Translations under genes and position numbers: made by a program
Shown here: positions 8,493-17,629 of the stretch, in pieces
Layout: each line of letters opens with the position of its first letter
How positions within the stretch are numbered: the stretch's first letter is position 1
Assembly (NCBI GenBank): GCA_035574075.1
Contig: DATLZI010000187.1
Span: 1 to 41,514, forward strand
Reading direction: 5' to 3'
DNA length: 41,514 bases
Source of the DNA: a bacterium
Lineage (GTDB): Bacteria; Sysuimicrobiota; Sysuimicrobiia; Sysuimicrobiales; Kaftiobacteriaceae
Notes under the pieces: model-generated
Told to the model about the DNA's origin: nothing
What the model saw: the letters and a program-made list of their open reading frames with translations, nothing else
Databases searched by the model: none

Positions 8493-9249
8493 GGGCCTGG
8501 TTGAAGGCGTCGGGCTGCTCGATGTTGGCGACGTGCCCGGCGCCGGGGATGATCACCAGCTGCGCCCCCGGGATCGCCGCCGCCATCGCCCGCGCGCTCT
8601 CCACCGGCGTGGCCCGATCGTCCTCGCCGACCACGACGAGGGTGGGCAGCGACAGCTGCGGCAGCAGCGGGGTGCTGTCCGGGCGCTCCGCCATCGCCCG
8701 CAGGCCGCCGATCAGCGTCTCCGCCGGCGTGCCCTCCATCAGCCGGCGCACCTCGGTGACCACTTCCGGCCTCGCCTCGGCGGTGCGCGGAGAGACGAGC
8801 AGCCTGGCGAAGTCGTCGAGGAATCCGGCCGGCCCTTCGCGCCGGATGCGCTCGATGCCTGCGTAGCGGCGCTGCCTGGCCTCCGGCCCGTCCGCCTCCG
8901 CGCGCGTGTCGAGCAACATCAGGGCGCGCACCGTTCGGGCGTGCGCCGCGAGGTAGCGGAACGCGACGTAGCCGCCCATCGAGAACCCGGCGAGCACGAA
9001 GGGCGGCAGGCCGAGCGCCTGCACCAGGGCGTGGACGTCCGCCGCCAGCTGCTCCATGCTCTCCGGCACCCCGGTCGATTCCCCGAACCCGCGGAGATCG
9101 ATGGTGATGACGCGCGCCTGGCGGGTCAGCGCCGGCAGCTGCGCGGACCACATCCGGCGCGAGAAGGGAAAGCCGTGGAGCAGGACGACCGGGATCCCCT
9201 GTCCCTGATCGTCGTAGGCCAGGGAGACGCCGTTCACGGTGTGACGCAT
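8464..9249 (-). CDS. Alpha/beta hydrolase
   Basis: 261 aa with HGFPFS, the nucleophile elbow GFSMGGY and a C-terminal GAGHV. Its 3' end overlaps the convergent membrane-protein gene by 29 nt. Confidence 0.9.
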   Translation of the reverse strand: MRHTVNGVSLAYDDQGQGIPVVLLHGFPFSRRMWSAQLPALTRQARVITIDLRGFGESTGVPESMEQLAADVHALVQALGLPPFVLAGFSMGGYVAFRYLAAHARTVRALMLLDTRAEADGPEARQRRYAGIERIRREGPAGFLDDFARLLVSPRTAEARPEVVTEVRRLMEGTPAETLIGGLRAMAERPDSTPLLPQLSLPTLVVVGEDDRATPVESARAMAAAIPGAQLVIIPGAGHVANIEQPDAFNQALTGFLRDLP

Positions 9250-9307
9250 CGTGAGGCCTCTTCCCCCCTCCCCGCCCCGGGCCCTGCTCCGCTCGGTCCA
9301 AGACGGC

Positions 9308-10900
9308 CTAGCGCCGGCTCCAGAGGAAGCCCACCAGGCTGAGGCCGGCGGTGAGGACGATCGCGTACCGTCCCGTCAAGCGCATCACCTCGCCCTCGCG
9401 GCCGGCCAGCCCGGTCGTGGCGGTGGCCAGGACCACTTTCGCCGGCGCGACCATCGAGCCCAGGGCCCCGCCGGCGGACTGCAGGGCGGCCATGAGGATC
9501 GGATCCATCCCCAGCAGCTGCGCCGCGTCGCGCTGCAGCGGGCCGAAGAGGACGTTGGAGTTGGTGTTGCTGCCGGTGATGACCGTGCCGAGCAAACCGA
9601 CGAGCGGCGCGGCCAGTGGATAGAGCGGGCCGACGAGGGCGGCGAGCGCCCGCGCCAGCGTGATGGTCATCCCGCTGTAGGCCATCACCATCGCCACCCC
9701 GACGAGCGCCAGGATCGTGGCCGTCGTCGGAATCCCCTGCGCGCGAACAGGCGGCCAGAGCTCGCGCCAGCGCAGCACGCGGCCCCGGATGAGCCGGAAC
9801 AGCAGCGCGGCGATGGCCGTCGTGTAGGCCAGCAGGGCGCCCGGATGGCCGAGCAGGGCCAGCGACACCTCAGCCTCGCCCGTCCGCCAGCGCAACGCGG
9901 TGGCGACGGCGGGGAAGTGCACCGTCAGTTCCACCCGGCCCAGGGCGCGGTGCACCGGCCCGATGAAGGTGGCCAGGGCCACGACGGCGATGAGCGTGTA
10001 GTACGGCAGGAAGGCGAGGTGGAACGACATCGCCGGAGAGCCCTCGGGCGCGGGGCGCGGAGGCTCCCGCCGGCCCGCCGGGGGCGGCCACTCGGGCAGA
10101 AGTCCCAGATAGCCCGGACGCCGTCGGGCCAGGTGAGCGAGCCCCATGCTCACGGCCAGGCCCACCATGCCCGCGCCGAACGAGGCCACGATCCAGTGCT
10201 CGGTTATCGCCAGCAGCAGCTGCGTGCCGCCCATGGCCAGCCCCAGGGCGAGGATCGCGCCGGAAGTGCGGCGCAGCGCCCGCCGGCCGGCGTGGATGTG
10301 GGCGACGGCGAACCCACAGGCCACCGCGGCCAGCCCCAGCAGCGCGGCGATGGCGATGCCCAGCGGCCGCGCCGGCAGCCCCGTGACCGCGCGCAGCGCC
10401 TGGAACGACGACGCCATATCGCCCATCGTCACCGCCCAGGCGTGGCCCACCAGCGGCACCGCCGCGGCCTCCAGCGGCCGGAAGCCCAGGCCGAGCAGCA
10501 GCGGCGCGGTCACCGCCACGGGCACGCCGAAACCGGCCACGCCCTGCAGGAAGGCACTGAAGGCGAAGCCGATGATGAGCAGCTGCAGGATATGGTCCTC
10601 GGTCAGGCGCGCCACGGCGTCGCCGATGCTGCGGATCGCGCCCGTCTGCTCGGCGACGGCGTAGAGAACGAGGGCGCCCCAGATGATGTACAGGACGTGC
10701 AGGCTGAGCAGCACCGCCCGCCCCAGCGCCAGGGCCAGCCCCCTCAGGGGGAGGCCGAAGATGAACCCGCCGAGCGCCGCGGCGACGACGAGAGCGGCGG
10801 CGCCAGCTCGGGCGCCAGACCAGCGCCAGCGCAGGAGCGCGGCGAGGAGGACCAGGATCGGCAGACCGGCGATCCCGGCCCGCCACGCATCAACGGGCAC
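9308..10900 (-). CDS. L-lactate permease (LctP family)
   Basis: 530 aa, polytopic. The LctP-like N-terminal half reads ...IIGFAFSAFLQGVAGFGVPVAVTAPLLLGLGF.... GTG start at 10898-10900 has no clear SD, so the start is uncertain. Confidence 0.8.
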   Translation of the reverse strand: MPVDAWRAGIAGLPILVLLAALLRWRWSGARAGAAALVVAAALGGFIFGLPLRGLALALGRAVLLSLHVLYIIWGALVLYAVAEQTGAIRSIGDAVARLTEDHILQLLIIGFAFSAFLQGVAGFGVPVAVTAPLLLGLGFRPLEAAAVPLVGHAWAVTMGDMASSFQALRAVTGLPARPLGIAIAALLGLAAVACGFAVAHIHAGRRALRRTSGAILALGLAMGGTQLLLAITEHWIVASFGAGMVGLAVSMGLAHLARRRPGYLGLLPEWPPPAGRREPPRPAPEGSPAMSFHLAFLPYYTLIAVVALATFIGPVHRALGRVELTVHFPAVATALRWRTGEAEVSLALLGHPGALLAYTTAIAALLFRLIRGRVLRWRELWPPVRAQGIPTTATILALVGVAMVMAYSGMTITLARALAALVGPLYPLAAPLVGLLGTVITGSNTNSNVLFGPLQRDAAQLLGMDPILMAALQSAGGALGSMVAPAKVVLATATTGLAGREGEVMRLTGRYAIVLTAGLSLVGFLWSRR

Positions 10901-10933
10901 GGATGGGATATTCGCCGGGCCGCCGGGCCGGGC

Positions 10934-12460
10934 CTAGCCGGCCGCCTCGGTCTTCGCCACCGACCGCGCGTAGCGCCCCTGGCGGGCCGCGCGGATCAGC
11001 GGCAGGGCGAAGAGGAACAGGCTGAGGACGATGAAGACCAGGGCGATCGGCCGCGTGACGAAGATCAGCGGCGACCCCTGGCCCATGATCAGGCTCTGCC
11101 GCAGCGCCTGCTCGGTCATGTCCCCCAGGACGAGGGCGACGACCAGCGGCGCCAGCGGGTAGCGCAGCTTGCGGAAGATGTAGCCCAGGACACCCGAACC
11201 GAGCATGATCCACAGGTCGAGAACCTGGTTGTTCACGGAGTAGGCGCCGATGCTGGCCAGGATCACGATCAGCGGGGCCAGGACGCCGAACGGGATGCGG
11301 TTGATGGCCGCGAACACCGGCACGAGCGTGAGCACGAGCAGCACGCCCAGCACGTTGGCCACGTACATCGAACCGATCAGGCCCCAGACGAACTCGCGCT
11401 GCTCGACGAACAGCAGCGCCCCGGGATTGAGGCCCCAGATGAAGAAGCCGGCCAGCATCACCGCTGCGGTGGGCGAGCCGGGGATGCCCAGCGTGATCAT
11501 CGGCAGCAACGAGCCGATGCCGGCGGCGTGCGCCGCGGTCTCCGGAGCGACGATGCCCTCCACCTCGCCCCGGCCGAAGCGCTCGGGGTGGCGGCTGAGC
11601 TGCTTGGCCAGGCCGTAGCTCATGAACGACGCTGGCGTCGCCCCGGTGCCGGGGAGCACGCCGATCCAGAAGCCCAGCACCGTGCCCCGGAGGATGGTCA
11701 TCCAGTAGCGGGGGAACATCGTCCAGGTCTCCCAGAGATCGCGGAAGCTGATGCGTCCCGGGATGCCGCGGATCCGCAGCCCCTCCTCCACGGTCAGGAA
11801 GATCTCGCCCAGGCCGAACAGGCCGATGGCGATGACGATGAAGTTCACCCCGCTCTGCAGCTCGACGAACCCGAAGTTCATGCGCGGGCTGCCGCTGACG
11901 ACGTCGAACCCCACCGTCGCCAGCAGCAGGCCGAACAGCGTCATGAAGATCGTCTTCGCCGGGTCGCCGCCTCCCAGACCGGTGAACGTGCCGAAGGCCA
12001 GCAGCAGCACGGCGAAGTTCTCCGGGGGACCGAAGCGCAGGGCGAACTCGGCGAGGGGCGGGGCGAAGAGGCTGAACAGCACGATCGACACCGCCGCGCC
12101 AAGGAACGACGAGGTGAAGGCGGCGGTGAGGGCCACGCCCGGCTTCCCCTGACGGGCCAGCGGATGGCCGTCGAACGTCGTGGCCACCGACCAGGGCTCC
12201 CCCGGGATGTTGAAGAGGATCGAGGTGATCGCCCCGCCGAACAGCGCGCCCCAGTACACCGAAGCCAGCAGGATGATCGCCGCGGTCGGTCCCATCCGGA
12301 AGGTCAGGGGCAGCAGCAGCGCCACGCCGTTGGTGCCGCCCAGCCCGGGCAGCACGCCGATCGCCGTGCCGAGCAGCAGCCCGATGAAGGCGACCGTCAG
12401 ATGCTCGGGGGTGAGCGCGACGCCCAGACCGTAGAAGAGGTTGTCGAAGACCGACAGCAC
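10934..12460 (-). CDS. tctA: Tripartite tricarboxylate transporter permease TctA (system 1)
   Basis: 508 aa. TctA-like N-terminus with GVLPGLGG and ...YWGALFGGAITSILFNIPGEP. GTG start. Confidence 0.9.
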   Translation of the reverse strand: MLSVFDNLFYGLGVALTPEHLTVAFIGLLLGTAIGVLPGLGGTNGVALLLPLTFRMGPTAAIILLASVYWGALFGGAITSILFNIPGEPWSVATTFDGHPLARQGKPGVALTAAFTSSFLGAAVSIVLFSLFAPPLAEFALRFGPPENFAVLLLAFGTFTGLGGGDPAKTIFMTLFGLLLATVGFDVVSGSPRMNFGFVELQSGVNFIVIAIGLFGLGEIFLTVEEGLRIRGIPGRISFRDLWETWTMFPRYWMTILRGTVLGFWIGVLPGTGATPASFMSYGLAKQLSRHPERFGRGEVEGIVAPETAAHAAGIGSLLPMITLGIPGSPTAAVMLAGFFIWGLNPGALLFVEQREFVWGLIGSMYVANVLGVLLVLTLVPVFAAINRIPFGVLAPLIVILASIGAYSVNNQVLDLWIMLGSGVLGYIFRKLRYPLAPLVVALVLGDMTEQALRQSLIMGQGSPLIFVTRPIALVFIVLSLFLFALPLIRAARQGRYARSVAKTEAAG

Positions 12461-12470
12461 GGGAAGCCCC

Positions 12471-12953
12471 CTATCGCCCGTAGAGCAGGTACTCGAGCAG
12501 CAGGCCCTTGGGCATCGGCATCAGGAACCACCGCTCGAAGATGAAGAACAGGGCCAGCGGGATGAGGATCGCCACAGCGGCGACCGTCAACCCGTGGTGC
12601 CGGCCGACGAAGAGCATGTAGCCGGCCAGGTACAGCGCGCCCCCCAGGTACAGACCGAGGTAGTGGAGCGTCCCGATCACGGCGACCATCGGCAGAAAGG
12701 CGATGAGCAATGGCTTGAACGCCTCGCGCTCGATGAACGGCGCGGCCCGCCCCGCGGGCGGGGCGGGCGCGCGCAAACTGCGGACGAGCACGATGACCGC
12801 CTGCAGCGAGACGCCGACGGCCAGCCAGAACGGGAAGAAGCCCACGCCCGGGCCGATCGCCGTCCAGGCGATGGGCAGGCGGAGCGCCTCCCGCAAGAGG
12901 ATTCCCGCCGCCAGGAGCAGGAACGCCGCGAACACCGTCTCGGCGGTGCGCAT
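12471..12953 (-). CDS. tctB: Tripartite tricarboxylate transporter TctB family small membrane protein (system 1)
   Basis: 160 aa with 4 hydrophobic segments. Sits between tctC and tctA with gaps of 13 and 10 nt. Confidence 0.8.
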   Translation of the reverse strand: MRTAETVFAAFLLLAAGILLREALRLPIAWTAIGPGVGFFPFWLAVGVSLQAVIVLVRSLRAPAPPAGRAAPFIEREAFKPLLIAFLPMVAVIGTLHYLGLYLGGALYLAGYMLFVGRHHGLTVAAVAILIPLALFFIFERWFLMPMPKGLLLEYLLYGR

Positions 12954-12966
12954 CGCCAGCTCCGGC

Positions 12967-13977
12967 TCAGGGCGCGGACAGACCGCCCTTGCGCATCAGC
13001 TCGCGCACGGTGCGGTCCTTCTGCTCCAGCCAGCGCACGTAGTCGGCTCCGGTGAGGAAGGCCTTGGTGAAGGCGCCGCGCTCGATGAAGTCGGCCATCT
13101 CCGGCGTCTCCATCAGCTTGGCGAAGACGTCGCGGTACCAGGCCGCGGCCTCCGGCGGCATGTTCGCCGTCCCGAAGATGCCGCGCAGCATCTGGTACTC
13201 GATGGGATAGCCCTGCTCCCTGACCGTCGGCACATCCTTCCAGCGGCCGAATTGAACGCGCTCCGCGGCGAAGATGCCCAGCGGGCGCACGCGGCCGGCC
13301 TCCCAGTGCCCGATCATCTCCAGCGGGTTGTTCACGCTGAAGTCCACCTGCTTGCCGACCACGGCCGCGGCCACCGCGCCGCCGCCGGGGAACGGCACGT
13401 AGGTGAAGTCCACGCCCCAGGCCTGCTCGAGGAGGACCATGATGATCTCATCCTCCTGCTTGCTCCCCGTGCCGCCCATCTTGATGCTCCCGCGGGGCGC
13501 GGCCTTGGCCGCCCGCTCGAAGTCAGCCAGCGTCTTCCAGGGCGAGTCGGCGTGCACGGTGACGACGAAGTTGTCGAGCAGCAGCCGGGCGATCGGGGTG
13601 AGGTCCCGCCAGGTGAAGCGGCCGCCATCGCGACGCCGGATGAACTGCGCCTCCGGCGTGGCGAACAGGTTGTCCAGGGTGATCAGGATGGTGTGCGGGT
13701 CGCCGGATTTGTCGATCATCCAGAGGAAGGCCTGCGCCCCGGCGCCCGCGGGGCGGTTCACCGGGATGAATGGCTGCGGCGACAGGTTGTGCTTGGCGAT
13801 CAACGGGGCCATGAAGCGGGCCTGTTGATCGGCCCCGCCGCCCGTGCCGGCGGGGATCGTCCATTCGATCGGGCGCCGCGGCACGAAGCTCGGAGCGCTC
13901 GACGCCGGAACGGCGGCGATGAGCAGCAGCACCAGCCAGGCCGGCGCGGCCGCCCGCGCGCGTTGCCACCATACCAT
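12967..13977 (-). CDS. tctC: Tripartite tricarboxylate transporter substrate-binding protein TctC (Bug family, system 1)
   Basis: ATG at 13975-13977 gives signal peptide MVWWQRARAAAPAWLVLLLIAAVPASS. Followed by Bug-like IPAGTGGGADQQAR and YVPFPGGG. The rest of track ORF 12967..14553 is a 5' shadow. Confidence 0.85.
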   Translation of the reverse strand: MVWWQRARAAAPAWLVLLLIAAVPASSAPSFVPRRPIEWTIPAGTGGGADQQARFMAPLIAKHNLSPQPFIPVNRPAGAGAQAFLWMIDKSGDPHTILITLDNLFATPEAQFIRRRDGGRFTWRDLTPIARLLLDNFVVTVHADSPWKTLADFERAAKAAPRGSIKMGGTGSKQEDEIIMVLLEQAWGVDFTYVPFPGGGAVAAAVVGKQVDFSVNNPLEMIGHWEAGRVRPLGIFAAERVQFGRWKDVPTVREQGYPIEYQMLRGIFGTANMPPEAAAWYRDVFAKLMETPEMADFIERGAFTKAFLTGADYVRWLEQKDRTVRELMRKGGLSAP

Positions 13978-14055
13978 ACGCTCACCCCCACACGATGCGA
14001 AGTTCCCTCTCCCTCCCTGCCCTTCTGGTGGCGGAATTCTTGACGGTGTAGGTCC

Positions 14056-14094
14056 AGAAATACCGCGGGCCCGCGGCGCGAGGAGATCTCGCGC
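14056..14094 (-). terminator. Candidate intrinsic terminator after the por genes (two adjacent hairpins)
   Basis: A 7-bp stem pairs GCGCGAG (14076-14082) with CTCGCGC (14088-14094). Next comes the perfect 14-nt palindrome CCGCGGGCCCGCGG (14063-14076). On the minus strand this is followed by TATTTCT. Confidence 0.45.
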
Positions 14095-14126
14095 GCAGGC
14101 CCGGCGGGCGGATCGCCGAAGACGGT

Positions 14127-15161
14127 CTAGGCCGGCGGTTGATCGCGATTGAGCTCCGTGTGGAATGGGATCACTCCCGGGATGAGCCATTTCGTCCACA
14201 TCTCGTCGATCTTCGCCTGGAAGTAGTCGATGTCGTCGTCGGTGAAGTGCGCGAACCGCCCCTGGCGCAGCAGGAAGTCGCGCACCGGCTTGCGCTTCGC
14301 CCGCTTCTCGGCGATCTGCTTGGTGCGGCCGTAGAGCTTCAGGACGCCGTTCTCCACCTCGTACAGCGGCCACACCCCGGTCTCCACGGCCAGCTCGCCA
14401 AGCTCGTGGCTGAGCATCGGGTCGTAGTCCCAGCCCTTCGGGCAGGGGTCGAGGGAGTGGATGAAGGTCGGGCCGCCGATGCGCAGCGCCTTGCGCACGC
14501 GGTTCATCATCTCCACGGCGTAAGAAGCGTCCACCGTGGCCACGTAGCGGCACTCCGGATGGCCAGCGGCCAGCATCCCGGCGACGTTCTTCTTCCAGCG
14601 CCGGTGCAGGATGCGCTTGGCCTTCCCTGGCGGGCTGAACGTCGTGTGCGCGCCGTAAGGAGTGAGCCCGGAGAGCTGGATGTCGGTGTTGGCGTACGAC
14701 TCGTTGTCGTAGAGGAGGATGAGGAAGTTGTACTGGGGGTGGGTGAGCGCGGCGGAGATCGCCGACAGCCCCATGTCCGCTCCCCCGCCGTCGCCGCAGA
14801 AGGCGATGACGTTGATCGGCTCCTCCTTCAGCTTGCCCTTACGCATCAGGGCCTTCAGCGCCGCCGCGGTGCCGAGCCCCGCCGAGCCCGAGCTGCCGAG
14901 CTGGGTGTGCATCCAGGGCACGACCCAGGAGGTGCTGTAGTACGTCGTGTTGGCCACGTACATGCAGCCCGTGCTGCCCAGGACGATGGTGCGGGGCCCC
15001 GCGGCCTTCACCATCAGCTTCATGACCAGGGCCGACTCGCAGCCCTGGCACGTGCGGTGCCCGGAAGTGAAGAACTCTTCGAGGGGGACCTTCTTGACCC
15101 CCTTCATCTCCTCCAGCGCTTGCATCGCTGGAGAGGTCTCGGTCTCGATGGCGTCCGCCAT
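14127..15161 (-). CDS. porB: Pyruvate/2-oxoacid:ferredoxin oxidoreductase beta (TPP-binding) subunit
   Basis: 344 aa with CQGC near the N-terminus and the TPP motif FCGDGGGADMG...LLYDNESYANT. SD GGAGGAG lies 6 nt before the ATG. Confidence 0.9.
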   Translation of the reverse strand: MADAIETETSPAMQALEEMKGVKKVPLEEFFTSGHRTCQGCESALVMKLMVKAAGPRTIVLGSTGCMYVANTTYYSTSWVVPWMHTQLGSSGSAGLGTAAALKALMRKGKLKEEPINVIAFCGDGGGADMGLSAISAALTHPQYNFLILLYDNESYANTDIQLSGLTPYGAHTTFSPPGKAKRILHRRWKKNVAGMLAAGHPECRYVATVDASYAVEMMNRVRKALRIGGPTFIHSLDPCPKGWDYDPMLSHELGELAVETGVWPLYEVENGVLKLYGRTKQIAEKRAKRKPVRDFLLRQGRFAHFTDDDIDYFQAKIDEMWTKWLIPGVIPFHTELNRDQPPA

Positions 15162-15192
15162 GGCCGTCTCCTCCGTTACGGTCGGATGCCCG

Positions 15193-16419
15193 CTACTCCC
15201 GAATCCCGATCCAGGTCGTCAGTGGTTGCGTCGTACCAGCGGCCGCTGACAGGAGCATGTCTGCCATGCGCTGCACGTCCGGCACGGTCACCTCTCGACC
15301 GCCCAGCCCGCAGATGAACCCCAGCACCGGCGGCCGCTGCGCCGCCGGGTACAGGGCCGCACGGACCTCCGTCGCCAGGACGCCGCTGGTGTAAGGCGAG
15401 CCCAGCGAGAAATCTCGATCGATGACCCCGACCGCCTTGAACCGGCTGAGCGTCCGGGCCAGCTCCTCGGCGGCGAAGGGCCGGAACCAGCGCATCCGCA
15501 CGAAGCCCACCTTCTTGCCCTCGGCCCGCATCCGCCGGATCGCCACCTTCACCGGCATGGAGAGGGTCCCCATGCCGACGAGCACGACGTCGGCGTCCTG
15601 GGTCTGGTACTCCTCGAAGAACGGGTTGCCGTAGTCGCGGCCGAAGATCTCCGCGAACTGTGCGTAGGCCTCCTGGATCACCGTCTTCGCCCGCTTCATC
15701 GCCTCGTCGTTGTGCTTGCGGATCTCCATCAGCCAGTCTTCGTTGACCTGCGGAGCGACGGTGATCGGGTTGTCCGGATGGAGCAGCAGGTCGCCGCGGT
15801 TGTAGGGCGGCAGGAAGCGGTTCACCCACTCCTGCGGCGGGATGCGCACATGGGCCTGGGAGTGCGTCAGGAAGGCTCCGTCGCAGGCGATGGCGCAGGG
15901 CAGGAAGACCCGCCGGTCCTCCGCCACGCGGTAGGCGATCAGCGCGGTGTCGAGCGCCTCCTGCGCGGTGTCCACCCAGACCAGCTGCCAGCCCAGGTCG
16001 CGCACGGCCAGGGCGTCGTTGTGCTCCACGCCGAAGGCGCCGGGGTCGTCGAGCGCCCGGTTGCCGACCATGGCCACCATCGGGATGCGCAGCGCGGGGG
16101 TGACGGTCAGCGCCTCGAAGGCGTACATCCAGCCCACGCCGCTGCTGCCGCAGAAGACGCGGGCGCCGGCGGCGGAAGCGTGCTTGACGATCTCGAACTG
16201 CGAGTGCTCGCTCTCCGCGACGATGTACTCGCAGTCCAGCTCGCCGTTGGCGACGAGCTTGGCCACGTACTGCATCACGGTATCGTAAGGTCGGATCGGA
16301 TAGGCGGTGATGACGTCGACGTCGGCGAGCTTACAGGCGACGGCGATCGCCTCGCTGCCGCTGATCAGCGCGTCCTGCTCCCGGGGCGCGGTGGCGACGT
16401 GCTCGACGGCTCTGGCCAT
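15193..16419 (-). CDS. porA: Pyruvate/2-oxoacid:ferredoxin oxidoreductase alpha subunit
   Basis: 408 aa. Sequence from the N-terminus (SGSEAIAVACKLADVDVITAYPIRP...) onward is typical of PorA/VorA. Confidence 0.9.
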   Translation of the reverse strand: MARAVEHVATAPREQDALISGSEAIAVACKLADVDVITAYPIRPYDTVMQYVAKLVANGELDCEYIVAESEHSQFEIVKHASAAGARVFCGSSGVGWMYAFEALTVTPALRIPMVAMVGNRALDDPGAFGVEHNDALAVRDLGWQLVWVDTAQEALDTALIAYRVAEDRRVFLPCAIACDGAFLTHSQAHVRIPPQEWVNRFLPPYNRGDLLLHPDNPITVAPQVNEDWLMEIRKHNDEAMKRAKTVIQEAYAQFAEIFGRDYGNPFFEEYQTQDADVVLVGMGTLSMPVKVAIRRMRAEGKKVGFVRMRWFRPFAAEELARTLSRFKAVGVIDRDFSLGSPYTSGVLATEVRAALYPAAQRPPVLGFICGLGGREVTVPDVQRMADMLLSAAAGTTQPLTTWIGIRE

Positions 16420-16422
16420 GGC

Positions 16423-17628
16423 TCACTGACCCTCCTTGCCCGGTTCGTCCTCGGTTCCGGCGCCGCCCGCGATCTCCAGCATCGGCGGCAGCTCCTGCTC
16501 GTACTGGCCCCGGAAGCGGAAGCCGTGGGTCCGCTCCGGGCGGTGCGCGATCTTCTCCCGCAGCCAGGCGGCATAGGCCGCCTTGTCCTGCTTCCACATC
16601 GCCCACTGGCTGGCGTTGTCGCTGAAGGCGGTCTCGTTGACCATGGTCACGCAGTGCTCGACCGGGCAGACGGCCTCGCAGACGCCGCAGCCGCAACAGG
16701 CCTCCATGTTGGCGTCGTAGAGGCCGTCCGGCGTGACGTCGAAGCAGGAGTCGGGACACTGCAGCCAGCACAGCGTGCACTTCACGCAGGTGTCGAAGTT
16801 CACCACGGGGCGCATCGTGCGGGTGGTGAACTTCTTGAAGGTCGGGTTGCGCGCCGGCCGGAACCCGCCGACCTGCTGGGTGACCGGGTCGGCGATCGCC
16901 GCGCCCCGGGGAATCGAGGGGATGGCGATCCCCTCGCGCATCTCGTGCCACTTCGGCAGCTCGAACTGGAACGGCTTCTCGGGATTGCCCTCGGCGGGCG
17001 TGACCACGCGCGTCGTCAGCCGCTCGTAGGCCTTCCGCGCCGAGGTCACCTTGAGGGGCGCGCGCCACTCCTCGAGGATCGCCTGCTCGACATCGTCCAG
17101 GCTGAACAGCTCGGGCAGGACCTTCGCGATCGCGCCCAGGATCCGCACGTCGGTGTGATCGTCCTTGTAGACCCACAGCCCGGAGAAGCTCGGCGTGCCC
17201 TTCAGGACCGCCAGCTGGTAGGGGGCGTCCTTGCGGTGGGCCATCGGGATCAGCGTCTCGGCGTCGTGCATCGAGGTGACGATCAGCGTGCCGCCGGGGC
17301 GCAGGAGGCGGTTGATGGGCTGCAGCCCGTACCAGGCCCAGGACTCCACGCCTTTGAGCAGCGTGTCGTCCACGGCGATGGTGACGTCTACCTCCTTGGG
17401 CTCGTACTTGGCCATCCCCTCCTCGAGCGTCTCGGGGTCGGTGCCGATCACGGCGAAGCTCTTGGCGGGGATGCCGTTCCGCTCCGGGCTGTCGCCGTAC
17501 CGGCCGAACGAGATGCCGTGCTTGCCGGCGTGATGCGCGGCGAGCACCACGCCGCGGCTGATGTTCTTGGCCAGGGTCTTCTGGAAGATGCCGCGGTAGA
17601 CGATCTCCACCGCGAAGAGGCGGCCCAT
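16423..17628 (-). CDS. 2-oxoacid:ferredoxin oxidoreductase gamma subunit fused to a delta-type 2x[4Fe-4S] ferredoxin domain
   Basis: 401 aa. The N-terminal half is gamma-like (GISFGRYGDSPERNGIPAKSF). Two cluster motifs follow (CVKCTLCWLQCP and CCGCGVCEAVCP), then about 70 further residues. Confidence 0.85.
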   Translation of the reverse strand: MGRLFAVEIVYRGIFQKTLAKNISRGVVLAAHHAGKHGISFGRYGDSPERNGIPAKSFAVIGTDPETLEEGMAKYEPKEVDVTIAVDDTLLKGVESWAWYGLQPINRLLRPGGTLIVTSMHDAETLIPMAHRKDAPYQLAVLKGTPSFSGLWVYKDDHTDVRILGAIAKVLPELFSLDDVEQAILEEWRAPLKVTSARKAYERLTTRVVTPAEGNPEKPFQFELPKWHEMREGIAIPSIPRGAAIADPVTQQVGGFRPARNPTFKKFTTRTMRPVVNFDTCVKCTLCWLQCPDSCFDVTPDGLYDANMEACCGCGVCEAVCPVEHCVTMVNETAFSDNASQWAMWKQDKAAYAAWLREKIAHRPERTHGFRFRGQYEQELPPMLEIAGGAGTEDEPGKEGQ

Positions 17629-17629
17629 G

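Noticed and set aside
9251-12544. 1097-aa ORF on the plus strand
   Set aside because: It lies entirely antisense to the lactate permease and tctA genes. Composition is dominated by R/G/D/E/Q/H/P with no motifs. This is a typical stop-poor shadow frame in GC-rich DNA.
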